Shown piece after piece: positions 10,987 to 22,493 of a DNA stretch of 64,000 nucleotides. The position numbers and the translations under genes were made by a program. The notes below the pieces were generated by a model, which saw only the letters and a list, made by a program, of their open reading frames with translations, made no database searches and was not told the origin of the DNA. The number at the start of each line of letters is the position of its first letter. Position 1 is the stretch's first letter. The stretch covers positions 2,046,001-2,110,000 of the forward strand of contig NC_027218.1 in NCBI RefSeq assembly GCF_000981445.1, written 5' to 3'. The stretch is from Babesia bigemina. Lineage: Eukaryota.

Positions 10987-11370
10987 TCATCTGCGGGCGA
11001 AACAACTCCGGACCTGGTGGAACGGCGGAATGCGAAAGACGCTCATAACACATACGACGATTAGGATAAGTATGATAGCAGTGAATGCGGCAACAAGGAC
11101 TACAAGCTGCGAATCCTCCTTTTTACAACACTCACAGGAGCAAGGGTCCGTTTTCGGTTGACATACTTTTTTACAGTTTTCAGGAGTGCATGTCAAACTT
11201 TCCATCTTCCTCTGAATAATTCTCTCTAAACACGATGAGCAAGTTTCATGTTCACTTTCACTTTCACTTTCATCCCCACATTTTTTACAACACAAAAGGC
11301 AGCATATACAAAGGTTGCGATCACACTTTGTACCGTCCTTACGACAAATACAATCTGCATCCATCTTCAT
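10987..11370 (-). CDS. Small Cys-rich protein with C-terminal TM helix (family member 3)
   Basis: 127 aa; CICCLLCCKKC, CSSC, CSCECC, TM VVLVAAFTAIILILIVVCVM, tail FRIPPFHQVR. Confidence 0.75.
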   Translation of the reverse strand: MKMDADCICRKDGTKCDRNLCICCLLCCKKCGDESESESEHETCSSCLERIIQRKMESLTCTPENCKKVCQPKTDPCSCECCKKEDSQLVVLVAAFTAIILILIVVCVMSVFRIPPFHQVRSCFARR

Positions 11371-11539
11371 TTATCTCCTTAACCATCCAATTGCTCAAGT
11401 ACGACACACGTGCCATAGCCTATCACATTTAAACCAGCAAGCCGCTCCCCCTCAGCTCTATGCGACCAACCGGCCGACCGCCATCCAACGCACCGCCGTC
11501 TAGATCACAACTACGTAGCTATCACTACTGAAGTACTAC

Positions 11540-11820
11540 CGAGTAAACGCATGTGGACGGTATCCTAGCACAGACATGCAGGTATACCGGTGCCAGTTGC
11601 GTAATACACTGCATCACAGACCGTACAACTTTGTAGCCGCCACTTCTAAATGTCATCTTATTTGAGTTACTATTAGCACTTAAATGATCTACTTCGTATA
11701 GTGAATCCGTTTCTCATTCACACCGTTACCATCAATGTCACCTAACCACGCCGTCCACTGGCCATCACATAGGGTAACCGCAGCTACATTCATTGCCTAA
11801 CATCGCACATGATAGCTAAT
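11540..11820 (-). promoter_or_regulatory. Conserved upstream non-coding block of Cys-rich gene 3
   Basis: Homologous to 1825-2110 and 3045-3320; 54-bp identical core with the latter. Confidence 0.6.
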
Positions 11821-12113
11821 GTGCCAAACAGTCACGTTGCATACGACGCGCTTTCACTCATCACAGCACTCTTAAGCAGCCACCATCAGTGGTTTATCAC
11901 CCATGATCACTGCCCACTATAACCATGGGAGAACGTTGGCACGTTTCACTAATAACTCACAACTCGACATCCCTAGCCACGAACCTATCAATGGGTATGC
12001 TACACTGACTACAGAATTGCTGATTAGGCATTACGTAATATATTTGGGTGGGTATTAGGTTAGGCGGTGGGTTGTTGGGTAGTGAGTTAGGTGAGTGGTG
12101 GTGAGGTGGTCTA

Positions 12114-15100
12114 TCAAGGTTGCAGGTAGGTGATCTTGGCAAGTCTTCCGACACGTGCGGCGGCGAGTAGTGATTGAGCGGCGATGCTGTCGAGGATGCC
12201 AGTGTTCTGTTTGGCGAAGTCTTGTGGTTTTAGTCCGACGATCGCTGCTTCGAGGTTATCAAGCTTGCCATGCGTATCACGGTCATACCCATTCTTGCCG
12301 GTGAAGTGCATGAGCACCTCATCGAGTGCGCCGAAAACAGATTTAAGCCTTTTAGTGTACGTAACCTCAGAAACTGCCGGCGTGCGATTCTTTCTTTTCC
12401 TTTCCTCCTTATCCACTCTGTCGATCTCACGTTCCAGCAGCATTTGCCATGGCCCGAAACAGAGCTTAAAGGCGTATGATAACTTATGAACAGTATAATC
12501 ATCGCTGCTTAAATCATTAGTCAGAGGAACATGGAAGTCTTTCATGAACCCCTTAAATCCAATCTTCAAGTCCGCATCAATTTCCCTGGGCAGATCCCTC
12601 AACTCAGTCCTCACCTTGCGGGCAAACTCCGTGAGCAGGAATTTGATGGACTCGACGTACCTTTTGCGGGCGTGGGTGGTGAGTTTGTTGGTGGCTTTCT
12701 GGATGTCCTTTTTGACGTGGTCTGAAATTATTTGAGTGTAGTGTTTATCGGCTCCGGCTAGGAATTTGTCAAGTAGATCGGTGGCGCCATCAAGAGCTTT
12801 AGCAACAGGATCACGTAATTCTTCAAAATTCTCATGAATCTTCTGAAGCGTATTTGGTTTAATCGCTGTATATTTTGCGGCGTTGCCAATTTTATCGTCC
12901 CTAAACTTCAGCAAATTATCCTTCACAACGTTGGCGGACGCTGTTATTGCTCTAGTGATGGTATCAAGATCTTGCTTGATTTTGTCAGACAGAGCAGTGA
13001 GTCCCGATGTGATGTGGCCGATGAAGATGCCGGCAGCTTCTTCTTTAATGGCGCCGATGGACTCTGGGAGCTGGCCTTCCTCTTTAGTGCCGGTTGGATT
13101 TGATTTCAATTTCGCATCAAGCGTGATGCTACGACGATAGCGTGCAAAGCTTAGAACACCTTCCAACTTGACTTTACCATCACCGGGGTCACTCTCTCCA
13201 ATCTCCGCGTCCAGTATAGTGTCAACGTGCTCATCAACATTGTAAAACCCGGTAGCACCGGCTTCTTTGGTCTTTGAATTTGTCGCCCGTCGGAGGTTTT
13301 CATTCAGACTTTCCGCCACGCCGAGAGCAGCATCTACCTTGGCTATTTCAGAAGCCTCTATTCCGGCAAACGCTTCTAGTTCAGAGAGCACCTGGTTGGC
13401 TTTGCCGGACAAAGCTGCTAAAATGGCAGCCACAGCCGATCTGAGGAAGTTCGCGGAGATATCTTTATGTGTAATTCGCACCACAGATGTATTAATCGCA
13501 TTGGCTAAACCAATAACTAACGCACTTGAATCTAGAAATATACTGTTTTTTTCTTTTATCTTCTCATCAAGAGTTGCTACAAACGCAGTGATGCAATCTT
13601 CCACAGCCTTTATATTCGTGTGAATTTTATCCTTGTCATCCCTGCTGACTTTGGCTTCGGCCATTGTTATGCCCACCGATGTCTTTAAATGGTTTACAAT
13701 TGCATTTGCCACATATTCGGTCTCTCCCACCTTGATACTATCATGCTCCGTATCGATATATTCCTCCTTAAACTTAACATTTAGTCCTTTATTCATCTTA
13801 ACATATTGACCGAAGTAATCCTTAACAACCATATTATCGGACAAAATTTCTTCAATCCACCCTATTACTACTTGCTTAAAATCGTTTTTAAAGTGTCCAC
13901 TATACTCTTCCACCAATCTCTGTCTAACACCCTCAAGACCTGTTGTCTTCGTAATCTGAATAATTTGCCCCTTAATTGTACTGAGCAAATTCTTCTTAAC
14001 ATATTCACCAAATGCCATTAACAGTCCTCCTTTCACCTGATTCAAACAATCCTTAACCGCCCTGTCCAATATTACGACTTCGTTGAGCGTTTTCTGCACC
14101 AAGCTTCCAAGTTTTTCCTTGGTACTTCTTATGAGATCGTCAAGCTCCTCACTTTTTTTCGTCAACGTTTTCGCATCCTCTTCGATCAGATACGTCTTAT
14201 CCGTGACACCCTCGGTTATCTCGTTGATTATCCTCTGAACATCTTCGTCCATTAACGCGTTAATATCCTTTTAGCGGCCTCCATCCAGGTCTCCAACTCA
14301 ATTACATACTGCGCCAGACTTGCAGTAATCTTCTCCAAGGTTTTTTTAATAGGCGTAACTCTCTTCCTCAGTTCATCAACAAATCTTTTCACGTCCTCAC
14401 GAATATTACAATCCACATCCACTTTCAAAGTGCTCATCACTTCCTCGATTTTCTTAATCGTTGCTGTCAACGCCTCAGTCTCTTTTTCCTTCACCCTCCC
14501 CAGCCGCTCGCTCTCATACTCAACTGTCCTACGCACGTTCTCAAGCTTATTTTTCAAATCGCTATTTAAGTCATTAATTGAATCTTTAATGTTACTACGT
14601 GCAGTGTCTAAGTTAGTGATAAATGTCTGAGCATTTTGTTTGCACTCTTCCAACTTGGCATCAATCTGTCCGACGGCCTGCTCGACTTGCTTATCTTGGT
14701 ACGGTATCAGATTATTCTGCTTATCTCTCATCTCTGCTAAAACATTATCTACGCTTTTCAAAAATGCATCACTTATCTTATCATTGAGTTTTTTTACTTC
14801 TTGTTTGACGAGATTATTTGACACTGAAACGGCAGTATTATACCTCCCCACCCCTTCGACCACCTTTCCAATCGCAGCATTAAAACCTTTTTTACCACGG
14901 TGTTTATTTTGCTTAAGAGTGTTAATTGCATCATCTAAAGTGTTTTTATGCTGCCCTAAATGCTCTTTGATGTTACTGAGAACACCACTCAAAAATCCCA
15001 TCACCCCGTCACACAGCCTGTCAAGGTCAGAGTACACAATCCCCTGGCCAGTGTAGCCTTTGGAAGCAGAGTTGAAGCCGAGGAAAGTCTCAAGGCCATC

Positions 15101-15556
15101 ACATAAATTTGTCAGAAGTTCTTTGCAATTCTTTTCAACAGTGATGCCAGTAAGACTCTCCTTAAGATTTTTAAGGTGATCCAACTTGGACACAATCTCA
15201 TCATATGCTTTCTGTTGAGAGGAGTCGAGGTGATTGTAACAGGAAGTTTTATGAGATGCAACACGTTCAAAGAGTGCGTTAAGATCATTGTTACCGGATT
15301 TTTCAGGTTCCTTAAGCTTCTCAATTTCAGCCACTTTATGCTTACAGCAGATGTAAGACTTGGCAGAATCGAGAATCTTGAGAAGCGCACCGACATTAGT
15401 TGTATAAGCCTTGTCAATAGCCTCTGCTATCAATTTTTTCAAAGCTTTGGCCAACTGCTCAAGACCATTACCATCTCCACCACGCCTCACCTGTATCAGC
15501 CAGTCGATGGCCTCCCGGAGGTTCTCCGGGCAGTCAGTTAGCTTCTTCGGTATCAT
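12114..15556 (-). pseudogene. ves-related coiled-coil ('ebh-like') gene, frameshifted near 14270 and lacking the Cys-rich C-domain and TM
   Basis: N-terminus PKKLTDCPENLREAIDWL and GYTGQGIVYSDLDRLCDGVMGFL, C-terminus IAAQSLLAAARVGRLAKITYLQP are Babesia ves-related family motifs. Two ORFs (434 + 712 aa) overlap at TAATG; adding one A to the A4 run restores a continuous frame. Confidence 0.75.
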
Positions 15557-18416
15557 CGTTCAGAATCGAGAGACCACGATGTGATTGATCGTATGGAATT
15601 GCATATGCAATTCGAGGCTGCAGACCCCGACTCCTGCGAAAATGCTGTTAGCGCCAGTTAGTCGGCATACAATTTTCTAATTCCCCCAACTACATTAGAT
15701 ACACTTGTGCAAGCTGACGGATGTATTTCTATGTAATGCCAAAATTGGCATTTGCCTCGCTCACCGATTCCCAACCTTCGGCGTCTAGACACCCAGAATT
15801 GCAATCCACTTTAGGTCTGGGCTGAAACTTCTCAACTACATTCGAGTGTTTAGAGGCAAAAATGAATATCCGCGACTTACGAAATTATGGAGGTAATATT
15901 CACATCGAATCATCTCCAGATCATATAAAATTATTGATCTATCCCATTACTTCCACAGTCCTCTAATCTGACAAAGTGCGTCTTCCCGACACTTTAATGG
16001 AAGCATTAGTTGGAGCGATTGTAGATAACCATCTCGTGCATATCAGCAGCAGGCGTGGTAATGAAAATGCTACTACCACCTCGCCTTCACAAGTAGTGGA
16101 ATCCTCGATGTGATAGATGAAGACGCAATGTTGATATGGCGCATACCAAATTTAGCAGTGAATACGGACCTCGGAGAAAAGCAACTGTATGAGTTAAGAG
16201 CGGTGAAGGGGTAGGCGGACGAATATGGAAACGATGGATCGCACAAGCCAACCCGGAGAGGAGAACACCACTTAATGAAGCAACATTACTCGTATGAGAT
16301 CGGAGGAATAACACCAGAATCGTGTCGTTATCCGAATCGCCAGCGAAGATAACCTGGTGGAGACGGGCATATCCAAGATAAGTAAGCATCAGGGCCCGGT
16401 GGAGAAACTCTAAAGAAAAACATTCAGCTAGCAAACGAAGTATATGATTGTACCACTCGTATTGAGCCGAATGAAATCCAATGAATAACAAAATACTGTG
16501 AATGCCATTCGTGCCCAGTCAGGACGGATGATACCAGTAGTGTTCGGCAACGGATCGACGTGGAGCACTCAACTTATACCAACAATGTGACGGGCAACCT
16601 TCAATAAGCATTGAAATCGTCCCAACCTAAAGATAGTCACATATCACACCATAAAATGAGATAACATAATAATAATAAGCTAAACGTGGGTGAATTATAT
16701 CGGTAATTTCGAAGTGCTACTTTTTAGGTCTCACCAGACTCAGACGCAGCTTGGTGGGATGGCAGGGGCAAGGAGCTAGTGCGTCGTATGGGAATTTCAA
16801 GTACCAGGGTGGTTGTTTAGCATGTTTAAAGTGGGAAGAACGCTGGAAGAGTGTGACTAAGGTTTGACGACTTCACACGTCAATTAGAAGTTCGATCTCA
16901 TTAAGGTTGAGATGTGACACTTAGTGTCTGAATTCGTCTTTCTGTGTTAACATCACCATCATATAGGGAAGGGGTCGATTACGAAAACTGTGTTTGTAAA
17001 TCGCAAATTATAAATTGTCAGCTGACGTGGCCGGTTGGGTGGCACAATGCTACTACCAGGCAGCGGGCACGTAGGGTATCAAACATAAAGTGACAATCTT
17101 GGTATATGCAGAAATTTGTGTTCACAAGCTCGAACACTTGGCATCAAGTAATTCGCCACCCTCAATGCCTTAGGTGTTCAAAACACTGAACTGCACTGCA
17201 GATGGCACCTACTAGGGATTAAACCGATTGCAATCATGCAACTATCTAACCTAGTTCCGTTCACATCTTGTAAGACATTCGGTGATGCTGTATCTTGGCG
17301 GTGCCAGGGTGGCAAAGGCTTGCAAGCCTGAGGCATGTGGCTAAGTTAATGTTGGCTCAATAAAAAATAGACTCCAGCCCATTTGCATTGCTTTATGTGT
17401 AACTATATCTAGCTGTAAGGCTTATATCAGAGTCCAGACACGTAATTGACTGGTGTTCAGGTTCTGGGTACTGCAGTTGCGGTGACATGGTATACACAGT
17501 AAACAGCACGCATTGCTCTTCCAGGCACAGATGCGTTTTGCTTACACATAGGCTTCATTGCGTAGATTGAATACGCCACATATGAGCGGAAGGTGAATGA
17601 CCTGTCGTCTCCGTTTAAATGGCGTGGATACGTTACAAGTTCACGCGAAATCGACAAACCCTACGTCGCCTTTCCATTTCTACCATCTCGCACTCCCCCG
17701 CTCAGTTTACGAAGCGTCCTTGCAACGTGAAAGTTGTGCGTCACGCTATGCACGGAAACAGTTATACGCAACCTAGCACAAGAACCAACGAACAGACTAA
17801 CGTATAACACAACGGCACAAATCGCTGACATCAAACATTATTTAAACCTCGCAACACCAGTCATGCTAATAGTAAATGTGAGAGTCCGGAATCCCTTACT
17901 TAGGACCGGTACGACTGGTGCAAATTATTCAAAACGGTGTAGCGACCCCTCAAGTCGTAAAATAGCCCACTTTGACTGCACTGCCATGGCGTTTCGCTGG
18001 AAATGTATGTGACTAATGACTCTGTAACCCAGTTGAATTACCAGCCCTACGAAACAATACGGCTCTAGTGAAAACTTTGCTTGACTACCTAGATGAGCGC
18101 CTTCCATAGGTGCCAATGGATATATGGGCGGTCCAGCACGAAGTTTATGAATGGTGCGGATTCACTATTTGTCAAAGCCATGTTCAACATTATCCGTCGC
18201 CCTGTATTGGGAATGAAATACTTGTCGACGGTGGCACGGTTTGCAAAGACATTTGCAGATCTAACCGTCAACCACATCGAAGACGAACGTAATATATCGT
18301 GACATTAGCATTAGCACTAAACATATATTTTCAATGATGCTACACAAGTGATGTTTAATGCTCCAAAACCCGTGTATGTCCGACGCGTTTCGAGGCTCGC
18401 GCAGCAGTACTGTGAA

Positions 18417-19953
18417 TCACGATTCGCTTTTAGCTTCGGATGCTGGGTTTTTATGTTTCTCATTATTACTTTTAACCACATCCTTATCTTTTTCATACCT
18501 ACAAAACAAGGCAATATAACAAACAGTGTTTAACAATGTGCCCGCCAATATAATGTACATCATAGATTTTCTTAGAGCTTCGGCATTTCTGTCCTTGATA
18601 TCTGTAGCCATGGTTTCAAATGACTCCCTAGAGGGTACGTAACCGAACACCTTTTCGGTCAAATATGCGGAAACTTGGAATAGAATTACACTACTCGCAA
18701 TGCCAGATATAGTTCGAACCATCGCAGACGCTGTTGCCTGATACTTATTTTCCACTGCACTTTTCAAAAGTGCCCTATCCACACCACCAACTGTAACTAG
18801 TGTACCCCCGAGCGTTGCCAACTCCACGTAATGATACCAAAGCAACTTACCACATGGTGCTTTTCCTAAAAAGAATACCAGACATACGACTAGTCTTACC
18901 ACCATCACGGCGATCCCAGAACCAATTTCAGCATAATAGTGGCTGTAGTTCCCCGCAATTTTGTCTATAATCTTCCCGCCAGCTCCACTTCCCGCTGCAC
19001 CACCAATCAATGTAACCGCAATTGCAACCCCTGCCATTGTGTCGGATACTCCCAGATATTGCAGGTATATTGTCATATAATTAAATGCGGACATCGGAGC
19101 TTCCGCGATGAATAGTGTGAATATTAATATCCACGTCGTTGGCCTAGTGAAAGCTTGTTCAAACGCCTCGGATATAAGTTTCTGAAATTCTTGAGATCTA
19201 GAAACATCATCCCTGGCCTTGTTCATTCCAAATACAATGGCCGTGCCAAACAATATCCAGACGTACCCCAACACAACGTAAGAGGTCCGCCAGCCATAAT
19301 ATCCCAATAATACTTTGCGTGCAATAAGCGTGGTTATCACTGCGCACAGCAATCGTCCAATACAATTTAGAGCCTGAAATGTCGTGAATTTCGTACTAGC
19401 TTGTGAGTTTTTGGGTTTCAGTGATGTCCCTTGTGTCTGTGCAGGGCCTGAAGCGGTTGAACCAAGTGAGCTTTGTGGTTTCTTTTCTTCTTCTGAACTA
19501 GTTGTATCAGAAACAATCTTTTGTTGAACGGGATAGACGCATGCGAATCCAAAGCCATGTAGGAAACGCAAGAATAGAATCTAAGAAACCATTAATACAG
19601 TACGAATTGCAACTTACCACTTTGTAGCGAGATGCAGAACTTAGAAAAATGGAGGAGATGCCCATCACTAACAGACCGCCACCAAGTACCAATTTCGAAT
19701 CATACTTGTCTGCAAGAACTCCCCAAATCAAGCAACAGCCCATGCGCGACATAGTAGACACGGTTGCCAACGTTGACAGCTGAGACTGAGAAAACCCCAA
19801 AGTTAATTCGAAAGCCCTCATACACATGGAAAGCACCTGTTGATCGTAGCCTTCGAAAAAAGACACGAGCTTGTACAGTGCTCTTCCTAACAACGTATAC
19901 TCAAGTTTGTTATTCGTAGTTTGAGCTGAGTTTTCTTGCACCCGGCCTTCCAT
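18417..19953 (-). CDS. Major facilitator superfamily transporter (spinster-like); intron 19581-19617
   Basis: FFEGYDQQVL, WGVLADKYDSK (MFS motif A-like), multiple TM helices; a 37-nt GTAAGT..TAG intron joins YKV to ILFLRFLHG in frame. Confidence 0.9.
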
Positions 19954-20329
19954 TTTTGTTACATTAGTACAATCTTGGTCTTTTCCAACTTATTTTTTAA
20001 AAACGCTTGTAGGTATCTCATAACATATGCATCATAAGGGGAAAATCAAAATGTGATATCATATATGGTAACGTGTCGTAACACTCATTGCGACCAAATC
20101 GAGTTGCATAAGACTACACACAAAAGATCGCCTGTGTACGACAACACAAGCGGTATATACGTCGGAACTGTTATCCGTAATTCGTTCCACCCCAGCATGA
20201 TAAACGTGTTAATCTAACGAAAAGTGGGAAAAAACACAAAATATATCTTTTATTGTGAATAAGTAAAATGTATGCCGCAATGTTTTAAAAATATGTGCGT
20301 AACGAGTATACGAGCCGACAGATTCAACG

Positions 20330-20970
20330 CTGGCTTACTGCCTTCGCCTACCTTTGCAATGTGTTCCAAGTTGTACAGGGTGATACAAGTTGTTGCATTC
20401 TGTTAGTGCCGCTTTTTGCACCTATTTATGGCCAATTACCCATATCACATCAGTATTGGCCTCAAGTTCCACAATACTTGGCCACTTCGTCGCGAGGTGG
20501 TCCACGTTCTTGCCGTTGTTGCATCTTGTGCATTTCTTGGACGAAGCCATCCATTGCAGATTCCTGTCCTGGACCTCCGCTGCCTTCGCTTCTTCCTCCG
20601 GAATGAGTATTCCACACGTTAGGTACAACGGCGACGCCTCGATGTCCAGCATGGGGTCCTAACGCTTGGCATACAGAGCCTTATGAGTTGATTTTACGTG
20701 CATTCTGTTGTACAGCCATTTGTTTTGGGCCACCCTGAGGTCCCTGAGGCTCTTGTCCGTCGTGTCCTCCACTCCGAATTCCATTCCATATCTCCCTTCC
20801 AGGTGCATCTTGATGTGAGATATGTGCGCGTAGGTGTCGCGGAAGTGATGCATTATTACAGTCTTCAACCCCGATATAACATGACCTGTTGAGACTTACC
20901 TCATCATGGACGAGTTATTGTGGACACTTGTCCACCTACCTCCATGGTAGGCTGCCGTAACGCACCTGCA
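20330..20970 (-). mobile_element. Degenerate non-LTR (RLE-type, R4/NeSL-like) retrotransposon relic: post-RT linker and zinc knuckle
   Basis: One frame reads KTVIMHHFRDTYAHISHIKMHLEGRYG...KSLRDLRVAQNKWLYNRMHVKSTHKALYAKR*DPMLDIEASPLYLTCGILIPEEEAKAAEVQDRNLQWMASSKKCTRCNNGKNVDHLATKW, with QDRN and C-x2-C-x7-H-x4-(C to W); in-frame stops present. Boundaries approximate. Confidence 0.65.
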
Positions 20971-21064
20971 CTTGTGAAAACAAAATTATTAGGGCATGCA
21001 AAAATACTCATAACAATATTGACGGAGAATGGGTGGGTTAAGGTTCGGTATACACCGCACAAAA

Positions 21065-21475
21065 TCAGATGTTGAATTTGGTTTCCAGCAGCGAATGCAG
21101 CCCCCCTATTCCAAATTCATGGCGAGGCTTCTCGACGTTCATATACTCGTAAGACTCGAGCGAATCCAGCTTGTCCATCAAAATCTCGACGGACAACATG
21201 CTGCTCTTCATACCGGGGAGACGTGTGGATTTCGAGCACGTGTTCAGCTCGATGGAGTTCTTGAGCGCCGCTTGGTAACCCAGCGTCTTCTGCAAACGCT
21301 CAGACTTCGCCATCTCCTCTTTCATAAGGTTCTTGCAGTCGATGTCGTGCATCGGATGCACAGACAGCGTGTCGCCGTACGCTGTCCTCACGCCGCTTCC
21401 GTCCAATGGGCAGTAAGGAAAGTTGTTCAGGTCGATGTTGACCGACGACAAAGCACTTGTGTCCCTCATTGTCAT
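21065..21475 (-). CDS. UMP1: Proteasome maturation factor UMP1/POMP
   Basis: About 136 aa from ATG 21475; HP...LQKTLGYQAALKNSIE...RLPGMKSSMLSVEILMDKLDSL matches the UMP1 pattern. Confidence 0.8.
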   Translation of the reverse strand: MTMRDTSALSSVNIDLNNFPYCPLDGSGVRTAYGDTLSVHPMHDIDCKNLMKEEMAKSERLQKTLGYQAALKNSIELNTCSKSTRLPGMKSSMLSVEILMDKLDSLESYEYMNVEKPRHEFGIGGLHSLLETKFNI

Positions 21476-22493
21476 ATTTTGTTTAATACGATATAATAAA
21501 ACGTCCGGTGGCAATACGCTCGGTCGCGGACGGCGAACAGAGCGGGCCTTTAGTCTGCCTGGCCTGTAAAACGCAACCACAAAGGCGCGCAAATAGCAGA
21601 CAACAGTATCCCACCTGGCAATATATATGTTTAGGTAACACACCCTACGTCGTGGGAGGTGTGTTTACAAATGAACTCGGGAAATTGTGTAACGTGGGTG
21701 GCGACGGCGAAGCGACCACGATGCCGGGCACACATCAAGGGTCGATAGCACGTGAGCCACGGTTATCGCCCGTCAACGGTGCAGTAAACCGTTATGTGTG
21801 CTAATTTACATTAAGTCGTGCCGACTAGGACCAAGAAACCTATTAAGATGCAGGCATAAGAACAACAGTGACGCACGACAGCCGATGCAGGCTACACAAC
21901 CATACCGCAGTACACCTAATATAACTACGGTATAGCTCAGTTAGTATATAACTGATCTGTTGGCGCGATAAAATGTGCTGAGATGCCACCTTCTATAAGA
22001 TGTTGTATGGTGTCTCGTAGTGGCTACGCCGACGACGCCATCGCCACTATTGGCGACTGTAAACACGCATAGCTGCGCTGAATGATGTGTGAACAATGCG
22101 TTAAGAAACACTGGGTGTACGTGGGTGGCTTCTACTGCCAGAGCGGGACCGCTGAACTCCTCCCCATTACATCTCGACGCGCCCCAGGGGAGGCCCCTCG
22201 CTCAAGCTCGCGAACCACTGGAAATCAACGCATAACGGGTACACTGCTCGCTACAGCATTTCTTTAAGGTGAGTTTACTGCATATGGTGGGTGTAAATCT
22301 CCTTTCACTTCGTTGTTTCGCGCGCTCCGTCACACAGCGTGCGCCAAACGGCGGCGCACGACCTTAATTAACGCGTTTACAGGCCAACTCCAGCCGCGTT
22401 GCACATTTAGTTATTATTTGCCGTGTTTCTAGCTGCTAATACGACCCCTCACATCTTGCTGCAGATTGCCACATACGCCACAGTTGTTACGAG

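Noticed and set aside
12040..12112. GGT/TAGG-rich tract as telomere-like repeat
   Set aside because: Irregular and short, with no consistent repeat unit; more likely a low-complexity 3' flank.
16000..16870. 134-aa minus ORF and possible RT-like fragments (FKYQG) on the plus strand
   Set aside because: No YxDD or QG motifs and no colinear support; cannot be distinguished from chance.
21937..21955. Short inverted repeat TCAGTTA-gtata-TAACTGA between UMP1 and RPLP2
   Set aside because: A 7-bp stem is expected by chance in this much sequence.
22082..22155. Possible C/D snoRNA (ATGATGT...CTGA)
   Set aside because: Imperfect C box, no terminal stem and no recognisable rRNA guide.
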